A stretch of DNA of 64,000 nucleotides from an uncultured Spirochaetaceae bacterium (GCA_964545735.1 CAZJGS010000001.1:3726-67725), one strand, 5' to 3'. Shown: positions 38,222-46,856, numbered from the stretch's first letter. Numbers and translations are program-made. The notes: generated by a model not told the origin, from the letters alone.

Positions 38222-38550
38222 AGTTTATAAAAGATATTAATTAAATTATATGTTTTATATTTTTAATACAATATTCTTGTAGCATGATACTTTTTGTCAT
38301 TTGCTTCCACTTATACATCTGATTTTATAATTTGGCGACCTACCATATAAGCAAATGGTGAAAATGTTAGGACTTATCGAATAAAGAAACTAAAATAGTG
38401 ATGGGCATAGGTTTGTGCTTTGACATTAAGTATCCCAAAAATAATCATTAATAAAGTGTAAAGGTTGCTTCTGAGCTTGATACTTTAAGCCATTAGAACA
38501 ATTTGTAACTAATAAATTAATTCTAATACCTAATCAAACTTAATAAATTG

Positions 38551-38607
38551 TATTCTATTTATAGAATATTATTTATATATTAAAGTATTATATTCCTATT
38601 TAGGAAT
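38551..38607. repeat. Two related palindromes inside a 690-bp gene-free convergent gap
   Basis: TATTCTAT-TT-ATAGAATA (38551-38568) and ATTCCTA-TT-TAGGAAT (38592-38607). Both fit ATTCYTATTTARGAAT, and their centres are 40 bp apart. Confidence 0.5.
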
Positions 38608-38913
38608 TATATATCTTACATCCAGAAACAATTTATATATTGATTGTTTTCAATTATTATCAAAGAGTCAATTGTAGAAAATTTCATTTTGATTCATTTT
38701 TAGAACTAACTAATAGTAAATTAGTAAAAATATAATTAGCTTATCTATGATAGTTATCATTTAATATAATTCAACGTTAGTAATAGATTTGTATTATATA
38801 ACTCAAGAAATTTTTTGTAATATTAGTTTTACATAGAAGTTGTAGCTTTTCGTTTGTTAGATATAAAAGCATATATTAAAATACTTGTGTGTCTTTTAAA
38901 CCAAACGGATTTG

Positions 38914-40251
38914 TTAATTAGATGAATAGTCGTGAGCAAGCTCTTCGAATCTAACAATTTGCCTATGAAAGCCAATTTCTAATTTACCGGTTTCACCATT
39001 TCTATTTTTAGCAACCAATACCTCTGTTTTTTGTATAGGAATATCTTCCGCATTGTTTCTGTGCAAGAAAATTACAATATCAGCATCTTGTTCAATAGAT
39101 CCAGATTCTCTTAAATCAGAAAGACGTGGTAATTGTCCATCAGTTTGTCTACCTACTTGAGATAAAACAATTATAGGAATATTTAATTCACGGGTTAACT
39201 GCTTTAAAGTTCTAGATATATTAGCAATTTGTTCATGACGTGGAACTGAGTTATCGGTATTTTGAATTAAGCCAATGTAATCAACAAAAAGAATCTGTAT
39301 ATCATCTTCTCTTTTCATCTTCCTAGCTTGAGATCTAATATCGTTTAATTGCATATTTGGAGTATCTTGAATATAAAATTTTTGCTTTGATAAACTATCA
39401 CATGCATCAAAAATTTGAGACATTTCATTTCCTGTCAATAGTCCATTTCTAATATGAGAAAAATCAACTCGACTAATACCTGTTAAAGCTCTCTCTAAAA
39501 GGTCGGTAGCTTTCATTTCTAAAGATAGAAATCCAATTCTATAGGAGTGTTGAAGTAGCATATTAATAGCTATAGTTAGAGCAAATGCTGTTTTACCTAT
39601 AGAAGGCCTAGCCCCTATAATTACATAATCCTGTTCTTTTAAACCACCTGAAAGGCGTCTATCAAGATCTTTAAAGCCTGTACTAAAACCTCTAAATCCA
39701 TCGTCAGTTGTTCTTTTTTCAATAGTATTTATTGTATCTATTAAAAGAGTTGTGGCACTGTAATATTCGCCAGCAACATTACCTTTTGAAGCTAAGGAAG
39801 ATAATGAATTTTCTCCACCATCTATTGTAGTTGATATATCTTGTGTTAAATCAAAAGCATCATCTTTAAGAGATGTTGCAACAGAAACCAATCGTCTACG
39901 CATTGATAACTTCTTTATCATATGTGCATAAATTATTGAATTAGTTGACGACGGTGCTTCATTTGTTAAACTTGATATGTAGGAAAGACCCCCACAAATA
40001 TCAAGTGAATTTTTTTTATTCAAACAATCAACTAATGTAATAATATCTATTCTATTAGTTGAGTTTTCATTTGAATAATCAAGCATCGTTTGGAACAATT
40101 CTTGATGCCCATGTTTATAGAAGTCTCTTGATTGTATTATGGTAGATAATTCAGTAATTAGTGAATTATCTAACAAGATTGAACCAAGAATTGCTTTCTC
40201 AGCAGCTTCATCATTAGGCAGAATACGAGAACTATTTTCAAACGATGCCAT
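38914..40251 (-). CDS. dnaB: Replicative DNA helicase
   Basis: P.D.EAE.A.LGS N-terminal domain, Walker A GARPSIGKTAF, Walker B LFVDYIGL, and SQVGR/RESGSIEQDAD motifs. Confidence 0.95.
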   Translation of the reverse strand: MASFENSSRILPNDEAAEKAILGSILLDNSLITELSTIIQSRDFYKHGHQELFQTMLDYSNENSTNRIDIITLVDCLNKKNSLDICGGLSYISSLTNEAPSSTNSIIYAHMIKKLSMRRRLVSVATSLKDDAFDLTQDISTTIDGGENSLSSLASKGNVAGEYYSATTLLIDTINTIEKRTTDDGFRGFSTGFKDLDRRLSGGLKEQDYVIIGARPSIGKTAFALTIAINMLLQHSYRIGFLSLEMKATDLLERALTGISRVDFSHIRNGLLTGNEMSQIFDACDSLSKQKFYIQDTPNMQLNDIRSQARKMKREDDIQILFVDYIGLIQNTDNSVPRHEQIANISRTLKQLTRELNIPIIVLSQVGRQTDGQLPRLSDLRESGSIEQDADIVIFLHRNNAEDIPIQKTEVLVAKNRNGETGKLEIGFHRQIVRFEELAHDYSSN

Positions 40252-40262
40252 ATTTTTTTCCC

Positions 40263-40967
40263 CTATTCAGTAACAGGAGCGGCTTCTTCACTAACAGTTT
40301 CTTTTGTAGCTTTGTCAGCAGTTTCTTTTGCAGCTTTGTCAGCAATTTCTTTTGCAGCATTGTCAGCAATTTCTTTTGCAGCTTTGTCAGCAATTTCTTT
40401 TGCAGCTTTGTCAGCAGCTACTCTTGCAGCTTCTCTTTCTACTTTTTCGGCAACTTTTTTAGCAGCATCAGCAACTTCTTTTGCAGCTCTTTTTTCTTCT
40501 GCATCACGTTGTTTAATTTGTGCTTCGCTTTCTACAACAATCTTAACTGTGGAAAAATCTTTTTCATATAAGTGTATACGAACTGAATAATTACCAACCA
40601 TTTTAATCATATGAGAAGCAACTTCAATTTTCTTCTTTTCAACTTCCAGGCCTTCTTTAGCCAAAGCTTCTTGAATCATTGCAGAAGTTACACTACCAAA
40701 CAATTTACCTGAATCACCAGCAGAAACTACTAAGTTTAAAGTTAAATCATTTAATTTATCTTGTAGACTTGCAGAAGCTTTTCTTTTTTCAACTTTTCTA
40801 GTTTCAATTGCTTTTGCACGACTATTTACTATTGCCATGTTTGTTCTATTATGAACAATAGCAATACCTTGTGGTATTAGATAGTTACGAGCATAGCCAT
40901 CTTTTACTACTACTACATCACCCTCTTCACCGAGGTTTATTACATCCTGATTAAGAATAATCTTCAT
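40263..40967 (-). CDS. rplI: 50S ribosomal protein L9 with about 85-aa A/K/E-rich repeat C-terminal extension
   Basis: MKIILNQDV.NLG..GDVV.VKDGYARNYLIP.G.A core. Start trimmed to the ATG at 40967, after AAGGAG. The tail contains about 5 octad repeats of DKAAKEIA. Confidence 0.92.
   Translation of the reverse strand: MKIILNQDVINLGEEGDVVVVKDGYARNYLIPQGIAIVHNRTNMAIVNSRAKAIETRKVEKRKASASLQDKLNDLTLNLVVSAGDSGKLFGSVTSAMIQEALAKEGLEVEKKKIEVASHMIKMVGNYSVRIHLYEKDFSTVKIVVESEAQIKQRDAEEKRAAKEVADAAKKVAEKVEREAARVAADKAAKEIADKAAKEIADNAAKEIADKAAKETADKATKETVSEEAAPVTE
40296..40415. repeat. 5 x 24-bp tandem repeat within the rplI 3' coding region
   Basis: Units begin at 40296, 40320, 40344, 40368 and 40392 (aRtttcttttgYagcWttgtcagc). 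They differ at 1-3 positions and remain in frame (8 codons). Confidence 0.9.
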
Positions 40968-40986
40968 ATTGAAAACTCCTTCTCTC

Positions 40987-41940
40987 TTACTTTCTATATG
41001 TAAACCATGTCTCTGAAACGCCAAAAATTGGCAGTCCAACGACAGCAACTATGTTCAAACCTTGAAATAGTATTATTAAAAACAATGTGAGTCCAAATAC
41101 TCTTGCAGCTTTAGTATGCAAACCTTTAGCGCGCCTTCTGTATAAAACAATTGATAAAGCCTGTATTGCAAACAACAAAGCAAAATATAATGCTAAATTT
41201 ATCACAATTATAGAAACAATCAATGTATAATCTACAACCACTCCAAGTAGAAGCAGAACAAGACTAACTAAAAACATCCACATAAAACTTTCTGGTAGCT
41301 TCCAATTCTTAACCCTCTCGTCGAACTCTTCGTCCCCAAGATATCTTGGAGTAGACAACGAAAGAAATACATTAAAACCAAAACAACCAGCACCTAATGG
41401 CAACAACATTGAAAAGACAACAGTTCTCAAAGTGGAAAATAATTCCTGAGGTGATACACCCAACATTAGAGAGGTCTGTTGTGATTCTTGGCCAAGTACA
41501 ATATACATTGCGTTAACAATTGCATCATCAACAGCTAACGCCATTTCTGTATCACTTTTAAACCAAAATCCTAAAATTGCCATTAAACATGCAACAACTG
41601 CAGAACTAGCTATATATCTTATTAAAAGCCTATAGCCGTCTGATAAAACCCAAATCATTGAACTTCCAATAAGTCCTATCGGTAAGAACAAACCAATAGA
41701 GAGTATTCCTAAATTCCCTTTATCAGATAACTCTCCGATTAAAGGAAAAAGCTCTATTGCTAAAACAAATATCAATAAACTTGCTAAAGCCCATAAAGTT
41801 TTAACTCTCTCTTTGCTACGAGAATAATAAAACAACAACGGTAAAACCAATAAAAATGAGGTAAAACCTACAGCGTATAGAACAGCACTCATAAAAGTGG
41901 CTACGTATACAGAGGTTGTTCTTTTATCGATTAAAACCAT
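40987..41940 (-). CDS. DUF2232 / YybS-like polytopic membrane protein
   Basis: Highly hydrophobic multi-TM protein in the conserved rpsR-(yybS)-rplI position, as in Firmicutes. Start trimmed to the ATG at 41940 to avoid overlap with rpsR. Confidence 0.6.
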   Translation of the reverse strand: MVLIDKRTTSVYVATFMSAVLYAVGFTSFLLVLPLLFYYSRSKERVKTLWALASLLIFVLAIELFPLIGELSDKGNLGILSIGLFLPIGLIGSSMIWVLSDGYRLLIRYIASSAVVACLMAILGFWFKSDTEMALAVDDAIVNAMYIVLGQESQQTSLMLGVSPQELFSTLRTVVFSMLLPLGAGCFGFNVFLSLSTPRYLGDEEFDERVKNWKLPESFMWMFLVSLVLLLLGVVVDYTLIVSIIVINLALYFALLFAIQALSIVLYRRRAKGLHTKAARVFGLTLFLIILFQGLNIVAVVGLPIFGVSETWFTYRK

Positions 41941-41950
41941 ATTATTCCTA

Positions 41951-42235
41951 TTATTTTCTCTCAAAAGGTAAGTATGATAAAATACGAGCCTTTTTAATTT
42001 CAGCCGTTACAGCTCTTTGGTGTTTAGCACAGTTACCAGTAATACGAGCAGGAAGGATTTTACCTCTTTCTGTTGTATATCTTCTCAACTGTTCAGGATT
42101 CTTGTAATCTGGTAATGATTTATTAGCACAGAATCTACAAACCTTTTTTCTAAAACCGCCACGACGAGCACCACCACTACTTTTTCTAGGGCCTCTATCT
42201 TTCTTTTCATCTTTTGCGTCATAATCTTCGCGCAT
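41951..42235 (-). CDS. rpsR: 30S ribosomal protein S18
   Basis: FRKKVCRFC....DYKN...L..Y....GKILP.R.TG.CAKHQR signature. AAGGAG RBS. Confidence 0.95.
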   Translation of the reverse strand: MREDYDAKDEKKDRGPRKSSGGARRGGFRKKVCRFCANKSLPDYKNPEQLRRYTTERGKILPARITGNCAKHQRAVTAEIKKARILSYLPFERK

Positions 42236-42255
42236 TATTAATTTCTCCTTAGATC

Positions 42256-42834
42256 TTAAAATGGAATATCATCAGCAAAATCTTCTGGACCTGCATCAGA
42301 TGGGAAATCATTGGTAGCTCCCAAATTATCATTTTGATTATTTGGCTTTCCTACATTGCTATTGTTATTAGCCTGTGGAAAATTGTTACCTGTATTTCCA
42401 AACTGTTGACCACCATTATAACTTGGTGATTTTTGGCCTTGATAATTTTGATTAGAATTTCCATTATTCACATACGTTTGTTGGTTCTGGTTATTAGAAT
42501 TACTACCACCGCCTAACAAACTCAAAGAATTTACTATGACCACTACTTTGTTTCGTTTTTGTCCATTGGTTTCCCAACTTTGTTGTTCCAAATATCCTTG
42601 AATTGATATTTGTTGACCTTTAGTAAGATACTGACTCACACCTTCTGCAGATTTACCAAAGTAAGTACAATCAAAAAAACTTACAGAATCATTCCAAGAA
42701 CCATCCTGAGACTTTTTTTTCCTATTAACTGCTATCGAAAACGAACAAATTGCAAAACCAGAATTTGTATAACGCATTTCACAAGGACGAGTGAGTCTTC
42801 CAACTAACGCAACAATATTTAAATCAGTAGCCAT
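42256..42834 (-). CDS. ssb: Single-stranded DNA-binding protein
   Basis: N-terminal OB fold ([18 protein letters not shown]), N/Q/G-rich linker, and the C-terminal acidic tip DFADDIPF. Confidence 0.95.
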   Translation of the reverse strand: MATDLNIVALVGRLTRPCEMRYTNSGFAICSFSIAVNRKKKSQDGSWNDSVSFFDCTYFGKSAEGVSQYLTKGQQISIQGYLEQQSWETNGQKRNKVVVIVNSLSLLGGGSNSNNQNQQTYVNNGNSNQNYQGQKSPSYNGGQQFGNTGNNFPQANNNSNVGKPNNQNDNLGATNDFPSDAGPEDFADDIPF

Positions 42835-42854
42835 ATACCATCTCCATTAAACTT

Positions 42855-43136
42855 TTAATTTTCTTTATTAACAAACAAGAATTTAATAATTGAATTGTTT
42901 AATAAGAACCTTTTTTCGAAAGTTACAATAGATGCAGGATCTGCGGAAATTTCATAATAGAAATAGTGACCTTTATCCTGTTTCTTCATTTCGTAGGCGA
43001 ATAATTTTACACCTAAATCATCTTGCTTGGTGATTTCAACACCAGCAGCTTCAAACAAACTGGAAACTAGCTTAAGCCCAGCTTGAGTGTCTTCTTCATT
43101 TGCTCTGAAGATTACAGTGAACTCATAATTTCTCAT
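42855..43136 (-). CDS. rpsF: 30S ribosomal protein S6
   Basis: MRNYEFTVIFRA... with the HY.YYE region. GGAGGA RBS. It heads the rpsF-ssb-rpsR cluster. Confidence 0.93.
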   Translation of the reverse strand: MRNYEFTVIFRANEEDTQAGLKLVSSLFEAAGVEITKQDDLGVKLFAYEMKKQDKGHYFYYEISADPASIVTFEKRFLLNNSIIKFLFVNKEN

Positions 43137-43273
43137 GGTTCCTCCTTACGGACATTACGATCCACATGCGTGGATAAAGAGGCTTCTTTATAATTTAATT
43201 TCTTAAGCAAATAAAAAATTATAAAGTGTGCGTTTGTCATACCAAACACAACAATCGATACTGTTCGCTAGAA

Positions 43274-43299
43274 AACCGTCGGAATATAAACCGACGGTT
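43274..43299 (-). terminator. Stem-loop between the bS22-like ORF and rpsF (terminator or leader element)
   Basis: AACCGTCGG pairs with CCGACGGTT in a perfect 9-bp stem with an 8-nt loop. The trailing run on the minus strand is a short TTCT. Confidence 0.45.
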
Positions 43300-43345
43300 A
43301 ATAGCTAAGTGCTGCTAGCTGCAGCAAAAGCGAATTGCCTAAGAA

Positions 43346-43435
43346 TTATTTATTCTTATGTCTATTCTTTCTGAGTTTTTTCTTTCTCTTGTGAGTGGCA
43401 ATTTTGTGCTTCTTTCTTTTTCTTCCACAAGGCAC
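43346..43435 (-). CDS. 29-aa highly basic micro-protein, bS22-like (AURKAIP1/COX24-type small ribosomal protein)
   Basis: Hand translation gives GTG-PCGRKRKKHKIATHKRKKKLRKNRHKNK-TAA. A perfect AAGGAG lies 7 nt upstream of the GTG. It resembles Bacteroidota/mycobacterial bS22 as recalled. It is too short for the ORF track. Confidence 0.65.
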   Translation of the reverse strand: MPCGRKRKKHKIATHKRKKKLRKNRHKNK

Positions 43436-43733
43436 TATAGAGCTCCTTATTATTATGTTTTTCCGGTTTAGATATCACAACGTGACCCGAAGTTTGTTTG
43501 TATATTCAATTTCTATTTGTTTGTTGCAAAATCTAGGTAATATTAATTACAATCGCTCAAACAAATACTTTCTTAAGCATATTAGCTTTAAAATATTTAT
43601 TCAAGGCTAATCACTAAAAAAGTATATAGTTTTTAATAAAACATACAGCATTTAAATAGAATTTTCTTTGGGCTTTTTTGTTGTTTTTATATATAAAACA
43701 AGTATATAATAAATTCAAAAGGGAGCGCTATTA

Positions 43734-45047
43734 ATGAAAATATTAATATTTGGATTGGGTATTAATGGTGGTGGCTTTGCGGCTGCTAAATATTTTTTAG
43801 TACACAATCACACTGTTCTGATTACAGATTTAAAAACTCAAGAATCATTTGGTAAACCTTTACAAATTTTAAAAGAATTAGGTGCTATTTTTAGACTTGG
43901 GGAGCATTTGGTTGAAGATTTTCTTTGGGCTGATTTGGTAATTAAAAACCCATCTATTTTACCAAACAACAAATACTTACAGTATGCAAAACGAATTTCA
44001 ACTGATTTTGTATACCTTTTTGAAAATTTTAATTTAGATAATATAAAATTAATTGCAGTTACAGGCACAAAAGGAAAAACAACAACAACTTATGCTATTA
44101 ATCATGTTTTAAAAAAAATGAATTATAATTCCAAACTAGTTGGGAATATGGGAATTAGCGCCTTTGAAATTGCAAGCTACATAGAAGATAACAAAAAGCC
44201 TATAGATTTTTTAATTTGCGAATTTTCTTCCTGGCAACTTAGAGATATTTTTAATTATTTAAACGGTGATTTTCCTCATACAAAAATATCAGTCTTTACA
44301 AACTTACTTGAAGATCATCAAAACACATATGATTCTATGGAAAGATATTTGCAAGATAAATTAAAAGTATTTACAAGAAATACTGAAACATCAATTTGCC
44401 CTAAAGCTTTTGATAAAGCAATACAAGAAAAAACGCTATTAAAGAAAAAAAATATTATCTTTTTAGATGAAAAAATACCTGATCAATTGATAGATAAACC
44501 TGAATTAGTGCCTGCTTTTAAAACATTAGAAGTCTTAAACATAAAGAATAATTTAATACTTCAACACTTTAACACTTTCAAAGGTGTTGCTCATCGCATT
44601 GAATGGGTAGGCTCTTTAAACAACATATTATTTGTTAATGATAGTGCTGCAACTATTCCAACAGCCACTGAGTTTAGCATGTCACATTTTAAAAATGTTA
44701 ATATACATTTAATATGTGGTGGAACTGACAAAGATTTAAAAACTACAAATATGCAATCCATATTAAATAGAGCCAAATCTATTACTTTATTAGATGGAAC
44801 CTTTACAAAGAATAAACTTATATCTTTTTTACAAAAGCAAGAAATTTGCTACCATGGCCCCTTTAACAATATGAAAGAGGCTTTCAACTCAGCATTCACT
44901 TTAGCAAAAGAAGACCATGATCGTGATATGAGAGTTGTCTTACTCTCTCCAGGGGCTGCTAGCTTTGATATATTCTTAAATGAATTTGATAGAGGCAATC
45001 AGTTTAAAAAACTTGCAAAAGAAGTTATCGGTAAAGTCGAAACCTAA
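43734..45047 (+). CDS. murD: UDP-N-acetylmuramoyl-L-alanine--D-glutamate ligase
   Basis: Rossmann-like N-terminus (ILIFGLG.NGGG), VTGTKGKTTT P-loop, and Mur ligase middle and C-terminal domains (NDS.AT..). Confidence 0.88.
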   Translation: MKILIFGLGINGGGFAAAKYFLVHNHTVLITDLKTQESFGKPLQILKELGAIFRLGEHLVEDFLWADLVIKNPSILPNNKYLQYAKRISTDFVYLFENFNLDNIKLIAVTGTKGKTTTTYAINHVLKKMNYNSKLVGNMGISAFEIASYIEDNKKPIDFLICEFSSWQLRDIFNYLNGDFPHTKISVFTNLLEDHQNTYDSMERYLQDKLKVFTRNTETSICPKAFDKAIQEKTLLKKKNIIFLDEKIPDQLIDKPELVPAFKTLEVLNIKNNLILQHFNTFKGVAHRIEWVGSLNNILFVNDSAATIPTATEFSMSHFKNVNIHLICGGTDKDLKTTNMQSILNRAKSITLLDGTFTKNKLISFLQKQEICYHGPFNNMKEAFNSAFTLAKEDHDRDMRVVLLSPGAASFDIFLNEFDRGNQFKKLAKEVIGKVET

Positions 45048-46005
45048 AATACTCGACAATTTTAAAAAGCAAATAACTTATCTTCTTTATTGGATAATCT
45101 AGAGTGGGAATTCTTTGAAAAAACTCTCCTCCAAAAGATGATTTGAATAAAGTTAAGCTTTTAAGATGTTTAGATTTTTCATCACTTCCAATACCAAATA
45201 AATCATATTGTTTTAAACCTAAATTTTTAGAAAGTTCTATAGCATAATCTTGTAAACTATAACTTGGAGAAAATCCGTCTATTCTTTTTGAAGCACCAAG
45301 GAGATATACAGCTTCTTTTTTACCAATCAATATAATAATTCCAGCTACAACCACGCCCTCTTTATAAGCGAAAAGCAATTTTGGTTTTACTATATCCTCG
45401 GTTAAAAAAATATTATTTATATATTCTAAACTTCTCGTTTGAAAACAATCTCTTTTTGCAGTTGCTTCATAAATAGAATACCAAACTTCAATATTATTTT
45501 TAGTCGGTTTTACATCTTCAACTGTTATAACATTTTTATTTTTTATTAAATTACGTTTGGCTCTTTTTTTATATTGTAATCTTATGTCAAATATGTTCTG
45601 TTGTAGAGAAATTTTTACAGTCTTTTCTGGTTGAATACTTTCTTTATTAACTTGAAAAATCTTTTCAAAAGATTCTAAATCCTTATACTCAAAGGGTAAA
45701 TCAATTCTGAAAAATATAACCTTATTTTTAGTAATTTTGTTAATGTATTTTATGATATTTTCTATTTTATTGGAGGATAATGTAAAATCTCCATTGATAC
45801 AAATAGGAGAAAATGGAATATAAGCTAATTTATTTTTAAATATTAAAGATTTATATAGTACAAGAATTTGAAATACTTTTTTATCATCTTCAATTTTGTA
45901 AGCTTCACTATCCCATCCATTATTGTTTTTGAGCTCAGCCCAATAACAACTAACAAATGGGTGATCTGATGTCAAATCTTTTAAATCAATCAGGGTAATA
46001 ATCAC
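45025..46005 (-). CDS. FemAB-family peptidoglycan interpeptide-bridge aminoacyltransferase-like protein
   Basis: Size, GNAT-like duplicated fold features (YIPFSP.., AGIIILIGKKEAVYLLGAS, FK..FGG) and the murD neighbourhood support the call. GTG start. The 3' end overlaps the murD 3' end by 23 nt. Confidence 0.55.
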   Translation of the reverse strand: MIITLIDLKDLTSDHPFVSCYWAELKNNNGWDSEAYKIEDDKKVFQILVLYKSLIFKNKLAYIPFSPICINGDFTLSSNKIENIIKYINKITKNKVIFFRIDLPFEYKDLESFEKIFQVNKESIQPEKTVKISLQQNIFDIRLQYKKRAKRNLIKNKNVITVEDVKPTKNNIEVWYSIYEATAKRDCFQTRSLEYINNIFLTEDIVKPKLLFAYKEGVVVAGIIILIGKKEAVYLLGASKRIDGFSPSYSLQDYAIELSKNLGLKQYDLFGIGSDEKSKHLKSLTLFKSSFGGEFFQRIPTLDYPIKKISYLLFKIVEYFRFRLYR

Positions 46006-46018
46006 AATATCTCTTTCA

Positions 46019-46702
46019 TTAATTACTTACAATCACGACTTTAACATAACCTTCCATATCCCAAAGTTGACTAACACTATTGGTATAACCATCCCACCCA
46101 AAATTAAAGTTAATTAAATCAAGCGCTTGCATTCCAGATGGAATTGCAATATCAAATTTATATCTTCTTGCATTTACAGTTCTATTAACTCCATAATTCA
46201 TAGTTGTGCTTTGATTTTGTACGCTTTGATCCGCTGCTATATATTTTGTTGTGAATATCCAAAAACCAAATTCACTTTGACTTAAATTATAGTTTAAAGA
46301 AATTGATATATTGGGATAATTCGCAATCCCCGCATCGTACAAGGTATCTTCGACTGGGTGAAATATTTCTGAATAATAAATATTTAGTTCATAATTTTTT
46401 CTAAATATCCATCCGGAACTACTAAAATTACTATATGTATAAAGATTAAAACTTTCAGTTTGCCCAGAATTGGCTAAATTATAATCTTCAGTCTGATATT
46501 GAATTGAGTTTTGCTCATAATCGATCCCTTGATAATTTGCTGAAAGAATAAATATAGGATTTTTATTAGGATTCCAAATTCCAGAAATTTCTAAAGGTGT
46601 ATTCAATGATAGTCCTGAGATTGGTGTGATCAGAGGATCTGCAAAAATAAAACTTGTAAGTACTGTCACAATCATCAATAAAATTATTTTTTTTCTTTTC
46701 AT
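46019..46702 (-). CDS. Secreted hypothetical protein (signal peptide, beta-rich, N/Y/S-rich)
   Basis: MKRKKIILLMIVTVLTSFIFA signal peptide. No recognisable family. It shares a YTYSNF motif with the divergent neighbour. It lies 13 nt upstream of the FemAB-like gene. Confidence 0.6.
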   Translation of the reverse strand: MKRKKIILLMIVTVLTSFIFADPLITPISGLSLNTPLEISGIWNPNKNPIFILSANYQGIDYEQNSIQYQTEDYNLANSGQTESFNLYTYSNFSSSGWIFRKNYELNIYYSEIFHPVEDTLYDAGIANYPNISISLNYNLSQSEFGFWIFTTKYIAADQSVQNQSTTMNYGVNRTVNARRYKFDIAIPSGMQALDLINFNFGWDGYTNSVSQLWDMEGYVKVVIVSN

Positions 46703-46821
46703 TTTTTTTCTCTTTTAGTTAATTACATCTATAATTTAACATGGAAAATAAATTATAACAATAATTTAAAGACTTGTTTTACAAAATTAGATAAAAAACA
46801 TCCCTATATTTGTAAAAATGA

Positions 46822-46850
46822 TTGACAATAAGCTTTGTAAGTATTAATCT
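46822..46850 (+). promoter_or_regulatory. Sigma70-type promoter positioned for a leaderless or near-leaderless transcript
   Basis: TTGACA (46822-46827), 17-nt spacer, TAATCT (46845-46850). The ATG of the 374-aa ORF begins 7 nt after the -10, and there is no SD. Confidence 0.5.
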
Positions 46851-46856
46851 TATGAC

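Noticed and set aside
38556-38583. dif (XerC/XerD) site call
   Set aside because: It shows only partial resemblance to the dif consensus recalled from memory. The conserved TTATGT..AAA XerD arm is not reproduced, and AT-rich background makes chance matches likely. I mention it as a hypothesis in a finding but do not annotate it as a feature.
40296-40415. CRISPR array
   Set aside because: The repeats are directly tandem (24 bp, no spacers), in frame within rplI, and no cas genes are present. No other direct-repeat/spacer architecture was seen in the window.
40245-40590. Two long F/S/A-rich repeat ORFs on the plus strand (40245-40571 and 40312-40590)
   Set aside because: They are the antisense reading of the 24-bp tandem repeats in the rplI tail. 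They have no start context and are not independent genes.
43395-43610. 71-aa plus-strand ORF
   Set aside because: It overlaps, in antisense, the much better supported 29-aa bS22-like ORF (perfect SD, basic ribosomal-type sequence). It is hydrophobic, low-complexity and lacks an SD.
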